DNA of 64,000 bases, taken from Tubiluchus corallicola (lineage: Eukaryota > Animalia > Priapulida). Of the stretch, positions 62,223-64,000 are shown piece by piece. The notes under the pieces are model-generated. The model saw only the letters and a program-made list of their open reading frames with translations. It searched no databases and was not told where the DNA came from. The stretch is taken from contig JAQGDQ010000110.1 in the NCBI GenBank assembly GCA_030141605.1, positions 186,001-250,000 of the forward strand, given 5' to 3'. Position numbers and translations under genes: made by a program. The first letter of the stretch is position 1, and every line of letters begins with the position of its first letter.

Positions 62223-63986
62223 TCAAGCTCCGGAAGATGTCTGGTTATTTTCCACAGTAAGCAAACTAGCAGGAATTGATGACTGTACAGTAGCATCATC
62301 ATCTAACTTGTCGTCCGATGCATGGGATGCTTTTACTAAGAGATCGCTGAGGTTGTAGACGCCAGGGGCGCTGACGCACACCTTCATGTTGACATATGAG
62401 ATCTCATGCGGAAACAAGGATAGTTTATAGAAACATGGACCGCACCATAATAAATAATCTGAAGGTGCATTTATCGATGATCCCATGTTTGTACTGTTGT
62501 CAGGAGTGCTGCAAGACAAATGAAAAACATGTAGACAACAACTTGGGGGGTACCATTGATAGCGTGCTCGCTTCCCACCCGAGAAGTCGAAGGTTCAACT
62601 CCTTACGGAGTCATACCAAAGGCTTAAAAATAGTACTGCTGATTATTATTATTATTAAATGTATTATTAACTTTTTACCACTATTTGCTATGTAGGTGCA
62701 AGGCCTTCGACAAAGTGACTAATAAATAAACCAGTGATGCGACACATGCAAACAAACTTACCGTGAATTGGTAGAAACACTCGCATACAGCTCCATATCA
62801 CTGCAGTTACGAAGCATCAGTTTTACTGCAACTGTGCACAATCTATACAAATTGATAATAAATACATGTGAAAGGAGACAGATACCACAATTTTTCCATT
62901 ACATGTTAGTTATAATAAAATTACTACAAGTGTGTTCCAAAACAGTGAAGTGGATATATGACAAAAAGCACCTGGACTTCGGTATGATGGCATAATGAAA
63001 AAAAATATTGCTCATTATTTTTTATGTTTGTTATATGAGTATTCCAATTTTCCTACCATATAGCTATTATATATATATATATATATATATTATTATTATA
63101 TATATTAGTATGACTACACTTATTAGACTTTGCACGGTGTAATATTGCAGTTGATAGCATTAGTTAGTAGGCTATTTCTTTTGGACTACCCTGCATGAAG
63201 AATGCAAAGATGCAGTTTTACAGCATTAGTTAGTAGGCTGTTTCTTTTGGACTCCCTGCATCATCAATGCAACGATGCAGTTTTAGGAGTTGGCGACAGA
63301 GCTCCCCGTGTTCTTGGTTTCTGAGATACATCTGCAAGTTTTGGGGTTTCATCATTTCAGAACGGATCATGATGAAATTCTGTAGGATGACAATATGACG
63401 TAAGAATTCAAAGATGGCAGCACAGACGTACGTTCAAAAATGACAGTTTGTACATTACCGAAATCTATAACGTACTCTTACATGTATGTAAAGCATACAA
63501 TGCTACACCTTATAAGATATTAAGAAAAAAACACAATTATACACTTACTGGCTCTTTTTGAAATTATGACGGACAACCGATGGGTGGATAACGTTGTATT
63601 GAACCAACTGTCGCAAAGCAAGTGATGGAATGTCTGTATCTTTTGCTTGCTTCATAATGGAAAATTGTTCTGTGGAAGACTAAAACATACAAATATACTC
63701 AGTTATAAACCTTCCAATACTTATGTACATTAATCATTGTCAACAAATTTTAGCTCTTAGTAGATAGGTATGTAAATTTAGTGCCATGAGCTAAAAGCCT
63801 CCTATAAAATTTCATGCATAAGTACGGGCAATTTGCCTACAGCATAGCTTAACAACACAGCAGTCAACGCATGCTCACCGATGATACTTTAGCAGGTATT
63901 GTTACAGGTAAGTTTAACATGTTGACCGGTACAAAAAGCTGACCAATTGCAGTACGACTTGTTCCCGCATCATCCACAATAAATGC
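62223..63986 (-). CDS. TRAPPC8: Trafficking protein particle complex subunit 8 (Trs85), last four exons (5' part outside the window)
   Basis: Exons 63986-63879 (AFIVDDAGTSRTAIGQLFV), 63679-63549 (QLVQYNVIHPSVVRHNF), 62842-62762 (LCTVAVKLMLRNCS) and 62508-62223 (WCGPCFYKLSL...KVCVSAPGVYNL). These are colinear with the TRAPPC8 C-terminus as I recall it (W.G...YKL.L...ACF...GVYNL). Confidence 0.85.
62545..62640 (+). mobile_element. tRNA-derived SINE remnant in the last TRAPPC8 intron
   Basis: A tRNA-like head (tagcgtgctcgcttcccacccgagaagtcgaaggttcaactcc, with a B box) is followed by a non-tRNA body, gtcataccaaaggcttaaaaatagtactg. Confidence 0.6.
63157..63285. repeat. Direct duplication of about 65 bp
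   Basis: agcattagttagtaggct.tttcttttggact..cctgcat...aatgcaa.gatgcagtttta occurs twice in tandem. Confidence 0.8.
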
Positions 63987-64000
63987 CTGAAAAATTAGTA

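Overview
AT-rich, intron-containing eukaryotic DNA from an animal, most likely an invertebrate; there are no prokaryotic operons or CRISPR arrays. Reading the splice sites by hand gave the following, left to right. (1) Two divergent intronless class A GPCRs, apparently nested in an intron of an ACOX1-like gene on the minus strand (4 exons visible; the gene appears to run off the left edge). (2) A complete 9-exon CtIP/RBBP8 gene (minus strand), head-to-head with PSME3IP1/FAM192A (plus strand). PSME3IP1 contains a U12-type AT-AC intron, and a 710-bp element with perfect 33-bp TIRs and a 9-bp TSD sits between the two genes. (3) Three more intronless orphan GPCRs. Two come from a head-to-tail tandem duplication of about 3 kb, and one copy has cleanly lost TM1. 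(4) A gene of about 26 exons and about 1374 aa encoding a type I membrane protein: signal peptide, His1-initiated LPMO-like domain, 2 EGF, DOMON, 2 EGF, DOMON, 2 CUB, TM helix, and a tail with PPxY and tyrosine motifs. This is the most intriguing feature of the window. (5) The 3' end of TRAPPC8, tail-to-tail with that gene. MITEs, tRNA-derived SINE-like remnants and minisatellites are scattered through the introns. Homology calls are from recognised motifs and memory, not from database searches.
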